Of a DNA stretch of 64,000 nucleotides, positions 37,801 to 46,186 are shown piece after piece. Each line of letters begins with the position of its first letter. Positions within the stretch are counted from its first letter, which is position 1. Origin of the DNA: Elusimicrobiota bacterium (GTDB lineage: Bacteria > Elusimicrobiota > Endomicrobiia > Endomicrobiales > JBDRNC01); the NCBI GenBank assembly GCA_043811535.1, contig JBDRNC010000012.1:1-64000 (forward strand), in the 5' to 3' direction. The notes under the pieces were generated by a model. The model was not told where the DNA came from. It saw only the letters and a list, made by a program, of their open reading frames with translations, and ran no database searches. Position numbers and translations under genes: made by a program.

Positions 37801-40800
37801 AACGTATGATTGTTCTGCGTGAAATTCTCTTCCAAATAGTGGTTTAAAATAGAAGAATAGTCTCCGCCGTCGATAGCAACGGTCATTTCCTTTGCACCGC
37901 TCGGTTCCACTCTATCGTATACTTTCGCGTTAGAGAACTCGGCGCTGCAGTTCATTGTCTCATACCCGATACCGCCGCTTAATTGCGATATCTTGGCATC
38001 ATTTACGTTAAAATACAACTCATTATCAATGTATAGCTTAAGATTATTCCCGGATATTTCAAATCTGAAATTGTGCAGATCCTGTGGATTGAGCGACGTT
38101 TGCACATCATATCTGCTATTGACCCCTTGCAAAATTATCGTCAGCTCGATATTCCCGCCGCTATGCAATAAAGCGTATATTCTATTGGAAGAATCCGTGT
38201 GTTTTGCGTAAACCCATGCTACATTCCAAGAATCAGCGCCCGGGGAAGTTGTCTTAACATCGGTTTCCACTATCCTGTCAGCCGGATAAGTATCTACCGA
38301 TATGGTCTTTCCGTTACTTCCAGTGTATTTACCTCCGGCTATAGACCAATCGCCCCACAACGAATTGAACTTATAATGGTTCTCTTCGAAGTTTTCATCT
38401 AGATAATAATTTGTAATGAAAGGGTCTATTGCGTTCACCGTGAATGTGCTTTCGTCAAATATATAGATATTCGATCCATCATTAAACAGATTGTCTGAAA
38501 TTACCTCAATTTCGGGCGGCTGTCCGTCAACGACAACATCAAGATTCTTTTCGCTTGACGCATTCCCCAGATTATCAACCGAGTAATACTTAATAGAATG
38601 CCTGCCTTCACCATTGAGAACAAAAGGCGAAATATAGGCGTTATATCCGGCATTGTCTATATTCATATTTGCTTGTGCTGTTCCGCAGCCGACTACAAAA
38701 TCAGTGTATACTTTCAAATTATCAAATTTTGCCTGCGATTGGCCGTTCGCGTCGAACGCGGCGCTTCCGGAAAGGAACGGAACCGCCGTGCTTATAATAT
38801 CAATGTATTTATCGCCATCAACGAATATCTTAACATTTTCCCCAAATATCTCGTACCTAAATCTGTGGTTCTCAAATGGATTCAACGAAGACATGGCAAA
38901 ATACCTTTCGGTTTGGCCGTCCTTTAAAATAGATAATTCAATATCCCCGTTGGAATGCAGTAACATATACATGCAGTTGGCCCAATCGTGATATTTACCG
39001 TACAGCCAGCCCAAATTCCAGGTTCCGTAATCTTTGTAAACTGTACAAACATCAGCCTCAACTATCCTGTCAGCCGGAAATGTGGCTTCCGTACGCGATA
39101 ATCCCGCAGTGCCATAATATTCGCCATTGGAAACATTCCATGTTCCCCATACGTTTACCCATCTTGTGCATCCGGTACTGAACGTTTCCTCGAACACTTC
39201 GCGTCCGACAGGCGGGTCATAATCCGCTACTGCGTAAATCATATCATCCGACACGTAATTCTCTGAGTTTTTACTGAACACCGGACTGCTTAATGCTATG
39301 CCGCTGAAGGGAGGTGTATTGTCGATGATAATATCGCTTGATATTACTTTTGTATTCTTGTACAAATCTTCTGAACGGCAACTCAGAGTATACAACCCTT
39401 GATCAAATCCGGATAGCGTAAACTCTGAAGAAAAGGTCTGCCCAACAGCGGGATTGTTATTCGTATATTCATTCCAGTTTGCGCCGCTTAACATCCATGA
39501 ATTACTCGACACGCCCAATCCCAATGAATCTTCCGCGTTATAAAGGTCATCTTTTGAATTAATAGTGAACTGAGTATTTGACTTCACAAATAAGTAATTC
39601 GAAGCATATTTTGGGTTACCTACAACCAAATCCATTTTCGGCCGCATATAGTCAATTACGAATTTCCCGTCAACTAACTTCCCAAATGATACCGGCAGGA
39701 GCTTATCAAAGGATGACGGCCAGTCAATGGAATACAATATCTTATAATCGGTATCCTGGCCGTTGAAAGTCCTCGTTGATGAAGGCGTTTTGAACTCAAT
39801 CTGAGTCAATTCCGCACCCTGGGAAGCCACGGTAATGCTTGAAGGCAGAATAAACATGCTTCTATTGATATTCGTGACTAATTTCGCGCAGTATCTGTCT
39901 TCATTGCCGGCGTTGTTCATAATCAGGCAATTAACCTGTTCCTGCTGCCCGAGCCCCATCATAACCTGTTTCGTATCAATTATCACGTCAAACGAATGAT
40001 GTTTCACGACTCCCTGTATATTATCAGTGCTGGGCGCAAATATGTAATTCGTACCGTCAGCAATAACGGATTCATTCAGATTAAAGTCCACAATATAAGT
40101 GACTACCTCATCCTTGTCGACGGTAAACACATTATCAATGTCAACATCGGGATTTGTAACGCTGAAATTCACGACCCCTTTCGTTGCCTTATCAATACCC
40201 ACCACGCTGTTTATCTTCGCGCTGAAACCGTTATATTCCCCGGACGGAACAATGCCCGCGGCAACCGCCACCGGTTGGTTCGGCTGCCTGGTTTCAAGCA
40301 TGTCAAGAGTGGACTGTTCAGTATTCAAATCGACCTGTTCGTCGTTTGAATCCTTAAGCGAGATTTCATCAAACATAACATAGATATTGGAAAAATCGTC
40401 AACCGGAGCGTCCTGGAACCCGACTATTACCGGTCCGCCGTCTGGAGAAATCGCCACGTCTTTTTCGGCCTCATTATTCCCCCGGTTCATGTCGTTTACT
40501 TCGCTGTCAGGATCAGCTATAATCGTAAACCTGAAAAATGCGGGCGAATCAGAAATCGGGATGGTCTTCTCGGCAATCGCAGTCATGGTAGCATTGCCGC
40601 TAATCGCGTTGATTACTTTATCTTCTCCTATCTGGCTTTTGTTCGGAGCTTCACCTTCAAGGAACCTGACTTTAACATTATCCAGCATCGCTGCGCCAAG
40701 ATTGCGTATATCTACGGTAATAATTATTTTTCTTTGGCCGGATAATATGTCATCCCGGGATACTACGCTGATATTCTCAGGTTTCACACAGAGATCGCCG

Positions 40801-43800
40801 GATTGAATACTCTTGCTGTAAAGCGCGCCTAAATACACTACGCTGCTGGATAAATATGAACTGTATCCGGCAACCGGTTGGCCACTAATGCTGTCAATCC
40901 CGGAATCCTGCGACCCGTAAGATTCTCCGCAAGTCATACAGGCAATATTACTCGCAAATATGCCTGTTCCATCATTATTCAGCACAACGGTGAATTTTCT
41001 GTTATATTCAAGACCGTTTTGATCAATCGCTCTTAACATAAACTTGTGCACACCGTCGGCAAGGCCTAAACTCCCCGAATATCCGGTATCAATGACAAAT
41101 TCAGCTACTGATTGCTTCGTTTCAATAAGCGTATCATCAATATACAGTTTCAACGCGGTGATAGTTGGATTGGATATAATCGGTTGTATTGTAACCACGC
41201 CGGAAGTGATATCAACACCCGGGAAAAGTTGTGGCAAAATTGAAACATTGAAGGCTGTATCAAAATATCCCGTGGAAGAACTGGTCATATCCAAACGATT
41301 CAGAGATTTAACGTTATAATAATACCTCTTCGGATATATTTCCAAGCCGTCTATTACCGCCGCATGCGCGCGCACATTCTCCGTGGAAATAACCACAAAG
41401 TTTTCCGGCCAGGGAACAGTCCCATACGCTAAGTTAGTATCTGAAAGATCATCGGTGTTCCAGCATATTCTTGCAGAATTACTGGTTATATCTCTGGCCT
41501 GTAGATTTGAAATGACGGGGGGTGTATTGTCAATATGAATGCCGACTGTGGTTTCGTTAGTATTGCCGGCAACATCCGCTGCAGTCAATTTTAGAGTGTA
41601 TAACTCGTCGTTTGCAGTGGGAGGAGTGTTCCAAGAGCCCAAAAGACCGTTTTCTACTGGTGTTTGTGAAGCAGTTATTGACACGGAACTGCCGGACGCG
41701 CTGCTATAGGTTAGTTCGTAACCTTGGAGCCCCGAACACAATACTCCGTAATCCTGGGCTGTCCCTGAGATATTAATCAATCCGGTAAACAATTCGCTGG
41801 AAATCGGCTCTGATAATGCCGTAACAGGAGCAATGTTTTCCACTCGCACAGTTGTAGTTGTTTCGCAGACATTTCCTGCCTTGTCTGCCACCGATAGCTT
41901 AATCCCATAGTACTCGCCATTGGCGCTCGAGGGTGTTTCCCATACGCCTAAATTACCGTTTTCGACAGCTACCCCGGAAGTGGATATTTCAATCCAATTT
42001 CCGGGAATAACGCTATAACTTAATGCATAGTTCAAGAAACCCGTACCGCCATACGCGTAATCCTGCGCGGTCCCGACAATCTGCACCGAACTCCTGCACC
42101 ATGAACCTGCTGCCGGTTGTTGGATATTAGCAACCGGAAGAACATTATCTACGTAAATAGTAATTGTTGCGGTGCTTGAATTGCCGACAAAATCTGTGGC
42201 AACCAGTTTAAGTGTATATGTTTCGCCATTCGCTTCAGGAGGAGTTACCCATTGCCCCAGAATACCGTTTTCCACTGTTTCTGTCGAAGATAAAATCGGC
42301 ATCCATGTCTCACCCGAACTATAGTTTAAAGTATACTCTGAAAGGCCTGAAATCATATCCAATGCCGTGCCGGATATTTCTACCGTGCCCTTATACCAGG
42401 AACCAGCAACTGGCTGGCTGAATGCTGTGACCGGATCTTCATTATCCACAATTACATTTATCGTCGATGTACTTAAATTGTTTTCCGCGTTCAAGGCAAC
42501 GGCCAGTACTATATACGTACCCGTATTAACAGCACAACCGCTGCTGCTATTGCCATTCCATTCATTGGCATATAGATATCCCTGCTCAGAGCTTACAAAT
42601 GGGAACGATCTGATCAGGTTGTATTCGTAATCATAAACAAGAAGCTCAACTTTCGCGTTTTCGGCGACCTGGTACTTTATATTTGTCGGTTCATGATGGC
42701 TTAAATATATGTCATCACTATATAAACTTGATATTGCCTGTGTGTCAGACAGTACAATAGCGCTCTCTGAAACTTCATACCCATACCTGCTGTCTCCGTT
42801 GAATTTCGCGCGAATGGGATATGTCTTTTGAATGGGCATCGGAAGCTGGAAACTTAATGTGACGCTACTGCCGGAAAGTACCGCTTCTGATAGTGCGTGC
42901 CAGGTATCGCTGGTTTTGTATTCGAGATACAGCGTCTTGGGCTCATCCTGCTGATGGAGCAGATCATAATCCTGGATATCTGTAACTGTTGTAGTTATAG
43001 TGAGAAAATCAGTTGAAGCAGTAACTTGGCTTGGATCCGATATAATAACTGACTTTTTGACTATATTTATACTCTCGGATACGTGCGCCGGGAAATAGAA
43101 ATAACCATCACCCAGATAATCTATATCCAGTTCATATTCTCCAGCAGGCAAGTCCAACGGATCGATAGGCAAGAAATAGCTTCCAGAACCATCGGTTTTC
43201 GCTGTATAAGATGTGCCTGCAATTGTGAATATGACATCCTGATTGACGATGCTATTCGATGAGGTGTCGGTAAGATATCCCGACAATTCAGCTAAACTGG
43301 CACAGCTAAAGGACTCTGGCCCGGTGTATTGCAGATTAGTTTCAGACGCAACAACCGAAACTATAGTATTAGTATTGGTTTCTTCGGGGGCAGAAGGGAA
43401 AAACACCGTAGCATAATTACTTACAGCAGTTCCAACTTGTATCCCATCTACGAGTTTGATACTGATGTCAAATTTTCCGCCTTGATTAGGCCCGATTTCG
43501 CCCTCAGTGTCTACAAATACAGTCAACGAACGTAGTTCAGAATCAAAATTATAAGTAAAATCTGCGGAAGTTTCGGTTTGTGTATCATAATCTATTCTCT
43601 TAAAATTCGAAACGACTAATGTTGTCGTATCAAAATATGAATTAAATGTATCTACAATATAAACTCCGTAAGCAATGCCCTCACCGACATTTTCAAATTC
43701 CACTGTGTAATTGAGCGTTTGGTCTGGATCTATTTGTCCCGCAGGACCATACAGGATATTGGGGTCCGCAGGTGCGTCTACATCTTTGATAGATAACATG

Positions 43801-45110
43801 TATCCTTTATATGGTTCTATTGGGGTTTTTGCATTTTGCTTAGGTATTAGGTTTTTGTTCTTCTCCTGTGGTTTTGTCGGATCTGTAGCCATCATATATT
43901 CTTCATAATTGTTAAGTCCGTCGCTATCAGGATCTCCATCTGGACCTTCTTCTTCGGTATTTTCCCAATAGTAGTCTTCCCACCAATCAGGGAGCCCATC
44001 ATTGTCTAAATCATCAGGATTTGGAGCAGTATCACCTACTTTTATTTCAAATTCGTACTTTTTACTCGTTTCAGAATAGTCCCATTCATTTGTAGCAGTT
44101 ACAACATACTCATGTTTTCCAATTGATATGGGTGTTGTAGGGGTATATCTAACACTCACTCTTTCGTCATCTACTATTAGACATTCAACTGCTACAGGAG
44201 TTGAATCCAATGTAGCGGACACGGTTTCATATTTAATATCCAGCTTCGATTTCAATACTATCCAAATTGGTATACAAATATTATTATTGCTATTAACATA
44301 TATTGTTTTTCTTGGATATAGTTTGGGGGTAAAATAAGGAAAGATAGTATATGGATCATGAGCCTGCTCTTGATTGACTTCATAAGCATTATTCCAAATA
44401 TAAAATGAGGAATAATATGGACTCAGGCTGATATACTCTTCAATTACCTGCCGGCAATGCCATCCCGGATTGTCATTACTATAAGCCCATGAAACTGCAT
44501 GGTAAACAAGTGCGCTGTTTTGTCCATTAAAAACAACATCTCCAAAAACCATAACATGACGTCTGGAATTATTAAATAAGAAATCACCTTTTTTAACATC
44601 TTTAGGTTCAATTCTAACCAATACATTTGCTTTCAAATCCGTCGTGTCGTACATCGCACTTCCAATTGCATAACAGACCAAACCGGAACAATCTATTCCA
44701 GCATACCCTTTATATCCACTTGGTCTAGGCGCCTCATCCTTTCGGCCTGCTACATATTTATCAGCCAGTTTGCTGCGAAATTCTGTTGGATAGTCTTTTA
44801 AACCATAAGCATATGCTTCGCCTTCTGATCCATTTACATTTACATATTGATTAAGTTTCCAATAGGGCCATCTTCTATCTTTGTCCGCTGGCGAATCGTC
44901 AGGATTGCCCCTCCTATCATCTTCCTCATCATCTTCTTTACTGCCAGGTATATCACCGTTATTAATAATATTCTTTTCTTGAATAACCCAATTACAATCA
45001 AGAAATGGCTGTATTTCATCAATTATTCCATCCCTATCTCGGGCATAGGAAGTACCAATTCCGCTAATAATAATTAATATTATGATAAATACATTTGTTA
45101 TCTGCATCAT
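34821..45110 (-). CDS. Giant (3429 aa) secreted multidomain protein: NlpC/P60-like N-terminus, Ca-binding repeats, Ig/FN3/CARDB-like, lectin-like repeats, CBM, two F5/8 discoidin domains
   Basis: Signal peptide; GIDCSGLV...HVM; DxDxDGLxD; DPNILYGP; repeated D..GN beta-sandwich ends; two RWSS..WETAYG..GTQWGYSLWE repeats. Confidence 0.85.
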   Translation of the reverse strand: MMQITNVFIIILIIISGIGTSYARDRDGIIDEIQPFLDCNWVIQEKNIINNGDIPGSKEDDEEDDRRGNPDDSPADKDRRWPYWKLNQYVNVNGSEGEAYAYGLKDYPTEFRSKLADKYVAGRKDEAPRPSGYKGYAGIDCSGLVCYAIGSAMYDTTDLKANVLVRIEPKDVKKGDFLFNNSRRHVMVFGDVVFNGQNSALVYHAVSWAYSNDNPGWHCRQVIEEYISLSPYYSSFYIWNNAYEVNQEQAHDPYTIFPYFTPKLYPRKTIYVNSNNNICIPIWIVLKSKLDIKYETVSATLDSTPVAVECLIVDDERVSVRYTPTTPISIGKHEYVVTATNEWDYSETSKKYEFEIKVGDTAPNPDDLDNDGLPDWWEDYYWENTEEEGPDGDPDSDGLNNYEEYMMATDPTKPQEKNKNLIPKQNAKTPIEPYKGYMLSIKDVDAPADPNILYGPAGQIDPDQTLNYTVEFENVGEGIAYGVYIVDTFNSYFDTTTLVVSNFKRIDYDTQTETSADFTYNFDSELRSLTVFVDTEGEIGPNQGGKFDISIKLVDGIQVGTAVSNYATVFFPSAPEETNTNTIVSVVASETNLQYTGPESFSCASLAELSGYLTDTSSNSIVNQDVIFTIAGTSYTAKTDGSGSYFLPIDPLDLPAGEYELDIDYLGDGYFYFPAHVSESINIVKKSVIISDPSQVTASTDFLTITTTVTDIQDYDLLHQQDEPKTLYLEYKTSDTWHALSEAVLSGSSVTLSFQLPMPIQKTYPIRAKFNGDSRYGYEVSESAIVLSDTQAISSLYSDDIYLSHHEPTNIKYQVAENAKVELLVYDYEYNLIRSFPFVSSEQGYLYANEWNGNSSSGCAVNTGTYIVLAVALNAENNLSTSTINVIVDNEDPVTAFSQPVAGSWYKGTVEISGTALDMISGLSEYTLNYSSGETWMPILSSTETVENGILGQWVTPPEANGETYTLKLVATDFVGNSSTATITIYVDNVLPVANIQQPAAGSWCRSSVQIVGTAQDYAYGGTGFLNYALSYSVIPGNWIEISTSGVAVENGNLGVWETPSSANGEYYGIKLSVADKAGNVCETTTTVRVENIAPVTALSEPISSELFTGLINISGTAQDYGVLCSGLQGYELTYSSASGSSVSITASQTPVENGLLGSWNTPPTANDELYTLKLTAADVAGNTNETTVGIHIDNTPPVISNLQARDITSNSARICWNTDDLSDTNLAYGTVPWPENFVVISTENVRAHAAVIDGLEIYPKRYYYNVKSLNRLDMTSSSTGYFDTAFNVSILPQLFPGVDITSGVVTIQPIISNPTITALKLYIDDTLIETKQSVAEFVIDTGYSGSLGLADGVHKFMLRAIDQNGLEYNRKFTVVLNNDGTGIFASNIACMTCGESYGSQDSGIDSISGQPVAGYSSYLSSSVVYLGALYSKSIQSGDLCVKPENISVVSRDDILSGQRKIIITVDIRNLGAAMLDNVKVRFLEGEAPNKSQIGEDKVINAISGNATMTAIAEKTIPISDSPAFFRFTIIADPDSEVNDMNRGNNEAEKDVAISPDGGPVIVGFQDAPVDDFSNIYVMFDEISLKDSNDEQVDLNTEQSTLDMLETRQPNQPVAVAAGIVPSGEYNGFSAKINSVVGIDKATKGVVNFSVTNPDVDIDNVFTVDKDEVVTYIVDFNLNESVIADGTNYIFAPSTDNIQGVVKHHSFDVIIDTKQVMMGLGQQEQVNCLIMNNAGNEDRYCAKLVTNINRSMFILPSSITVASQGAELTQIEFKTPSSTRTFNGQDTDYKILYSIDWPSSFDKLLPVSFGKLVDGKFVIDYMRPKMDLVVGNPKYASNYLFVKSNTQFTINSKDDLYNAEDSLGLGVSSNSWMLSGANWNEYTNNNPAVGQTFSSEFTLSGFDQGLYTLSCRSEDLYKNTKVISSDIIIDNTPPFSGIALSSPVFSKNSENYVSDDMIYAVADYDPPVGREVFEETFSTGCTRWVNVWGTWNVSNGEYYGTAGLSRTEATFPADRIVEADVCTVYKDYGTWNLGWLYGKYHDWANCMYMLLHSNGDIELSILKDGQTERYFAMSSLNPFENHRFRYEIFGENVKIFVDGDKYIDIISTAVPFLSGSAAFDANGQSQAKFDNLKVYTDFVVGCGTAQANMNIDNAGYNAYISPFVLNGEGRHSIKYYSVDNLGNASSEKNLDVVVDGQPPEIEVISDNLFNDGSNIYIFDESTFTVNAIDPFITNYYLDENFEENHYKFNSLWGDWSIAGGKYTGSNGKTISVDTYPADRIVETDVKTTSPGADSWNVAWVYAKHTDSSNRIYALLHSGGNIELTIILQGVNSRYDVQTSLNPQDLHNFRFEISGNNLKLYIDNELYFNVNDAKISQLSGGIGYETMNCSAEFSNAKVYDRVEPSGAKEMTVAIDGGDYSSILNHYLEENFTQNNHTFAEQFGNWHIAGGKYFGSNGKSLSVDTYPADRIVETDVKTTSPGANSWDVAWVYAKHTDSSNRIYALLHSGGNIELTITLQGAGSRYDVQSSLNPQDLHNFRFEISGNNLKLYIDNELYFNVNDAKISQLSGGIGYETMNCSAEFSNAKVYDKDLSALSFVGGGRHTIAYKGSDNVGNIAESEYIVLVDTLAPVSYMSVSQPKYSANGNLYVTLDTLFTITAQDEGEYPSNIKNTEYRIDNDTWTNYASPFTLSDVAEGAHTVTYRSYDNGGNTEETKSIDVVVDNTPPAIVINSPIGGDIYVEARDMINVSFNASDISQANTTAYMTLVECECEPLIGTKVSVTTSSSINPSELPYYGFYTMTVEAGDYLGHYASSTTAKFEVIWDTYTLTPTIDPITSPRSDPGIIVSGSAETDATVHIKMYQPKAAMAEYTVIASSDTYTLPITLANGDGVYTLTAKAHDIADNWSAESNPVQIVFTRSGILPVVTLITPDGGERIKGDTYDIQWNAVPYYSTDTITGITLKYTDQTMQAGIDNFDDGDYVNNLNANSGIWYSSNAIVSSEFTNAQDAYSNTGKSLQLDYEIPGQNDNGGFWTGIYTVPDMSTYTHVSLVVKGSQGGEEFKVGLKDTSYNEVKLPVKDYLTEDVTTYWQKVTIPMSAFNGVNCSSLDNFSISFDGISGTGSVYIDELRFIRWNAIANSISNAGDYIVNTAGLTQSERSLVRVEATDSQSRINYAESMDYFAMATNLAKGKTATASSGQDTASLAVDGVGSTRWSSDASDPQWYQVDIGTVQPVNKVVLNWETAYGKAYTIDVSSNGVDWTTVYATTNSAGGLENIEFNAVNARYVRMYGTERGTQWGYSLWEFEEYFNIHKASVSASSQGVDLIASNAFDGDLGTRWSSDADDTEWISIDFGAPVSFSTVVLFWETAYGESYDILVSNDGSNWTNAYSQTNGTGGTERINVGSQSARYLKIDGKQRGTQWGYSLWEIEVK
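37346..38402. repeat. Intragenic tandem duplication, period 567 bp (189 aa)
   Basis: 37346ff and 37913ff are nearly identical for about 170 bp and similar for about 490 bp. Confidence 0.9.
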
Positions 45111-46186
45111 TTTATCGATTTCCTAGTTTTCACAGTTACACGAATTTCACCTTCATTATTTTCTGATGGAGCAATGTTAAATATTTTCCCTTCATTATCC
45201 ATAAACTCTCCGGATGCGTTCCTTGTTACAGATAAAAGCTTACCGTTTATGTCATACTCATTTACAAATACACCCCTATCATTGCCACGTCCTTGCCCAT
45301 ATCGTAAATATATTTTATTGTTATCAGATATCTTGCAAGAAGCCATTCCATTAATTTCGAAAGATATTGTATCATCTCCAATCCACGGTCTAATAGCATT
45401 TATATTTAAAACCGCATTTACACCATTTTTACTAAATATTTCTACTTTTATTCTATTATCATTTACCACTATTTCCTTTAATTCATAATCCTTATATTCT
45501 ATCTTTCGCTTCATTCTGTCTTTGTAAGATAACTCTCTGTTTTTAGACAAATTGAAATTACCTATCCATATCTGATCTTCATTGTCCAAAGTCATTCCGT
45601 ATACATTTGCGGGAGACTTTATCTTCTCAATAATTTCGTCATCCACAATTCTCCATATTTCACCTGTTTGAGTATCATTTTCTTTTTCGCCATCTACAAT
45701 TCCCTTGGTCAAATAGTAATAAATTTCATTTTCTGAAGATACCATTATATTCTTTCCATTATAATACGGTTTTTCTTCTATATCTATATGTTCTGCTCCA
45801 TTAATGTCTTCTCTAATTACAGTAAGACTCTTTCCATTTTTATCAGCACACGAAAGTACAGGTATGCTTTTTAAATAATATCCTTCCTTATCATATTTCT
45901 GGATTCTGTTATTAATATGATCTAATATGTATATTTCTTTCTTTGAGTTTACAACTAAAGAATCAGGATACATCGACGAGATGTTTAAAAACTCTGCCTC
46001 CATTGGTCCAATAACCCCAAATTCGCCTGGCCCCGTTCCAATTTTTCCCATATAAAACACTTCTTGAATATATTCCGAATCAACTGATGAGTATTTCATC
46101 GGCTGAGAATTCTTCATAAAGACAACTACTGCATATGTTAAAATACAAATAAAAAAAATAATTCTAATTATTTTCCACATATTCAC
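45107..46186 (-). CDS. Membrane-anchored NHL/beta-propeller-like protein
   Basis: N-terminal TM; GTGPGEFG, IYILDHINNRIQKYD. Confidence 0.75.
   Translation of the reverse strand: MNMWKIIRIIFFICILTYAVVVFMKNSQPMKYSSVDSEYIQEVFYMGKIGTGPGEFGVIGPMEAEFLNISSMYPDSLVVNSKKEIYILDHINNRIQKYDKEGYYLKSIPVLSCADKNGKSLTVIREDINGAEHIDIEEKPYYNGKNIMVSSENEIYYYLTKGIVDGEKENDTQTGEIWRIVDDEIIEKIKSPANVYGMTLDNEDQIWIGNFNLSKNRELSYKDRMKRKIEYKDYELKEIVVNDNRIKVEIFSKNGVNAVLNINAIRPWIGDDTISFEINGMASCKISDNNKIYLRYGQGRGNDRGVFVNEYDINGKLLSVTRNASGEFMDNEGKIFNIAPSENNEGEIRVTVKTRKSIK

Noticed and set aside
37346..38402. DGR template/variable repeat pair, given a bAvd-like gene at 54791
   Set aside because: Both copies are in-frame domains of one gene, the differences are not adenine-specific, and no RT is in the window
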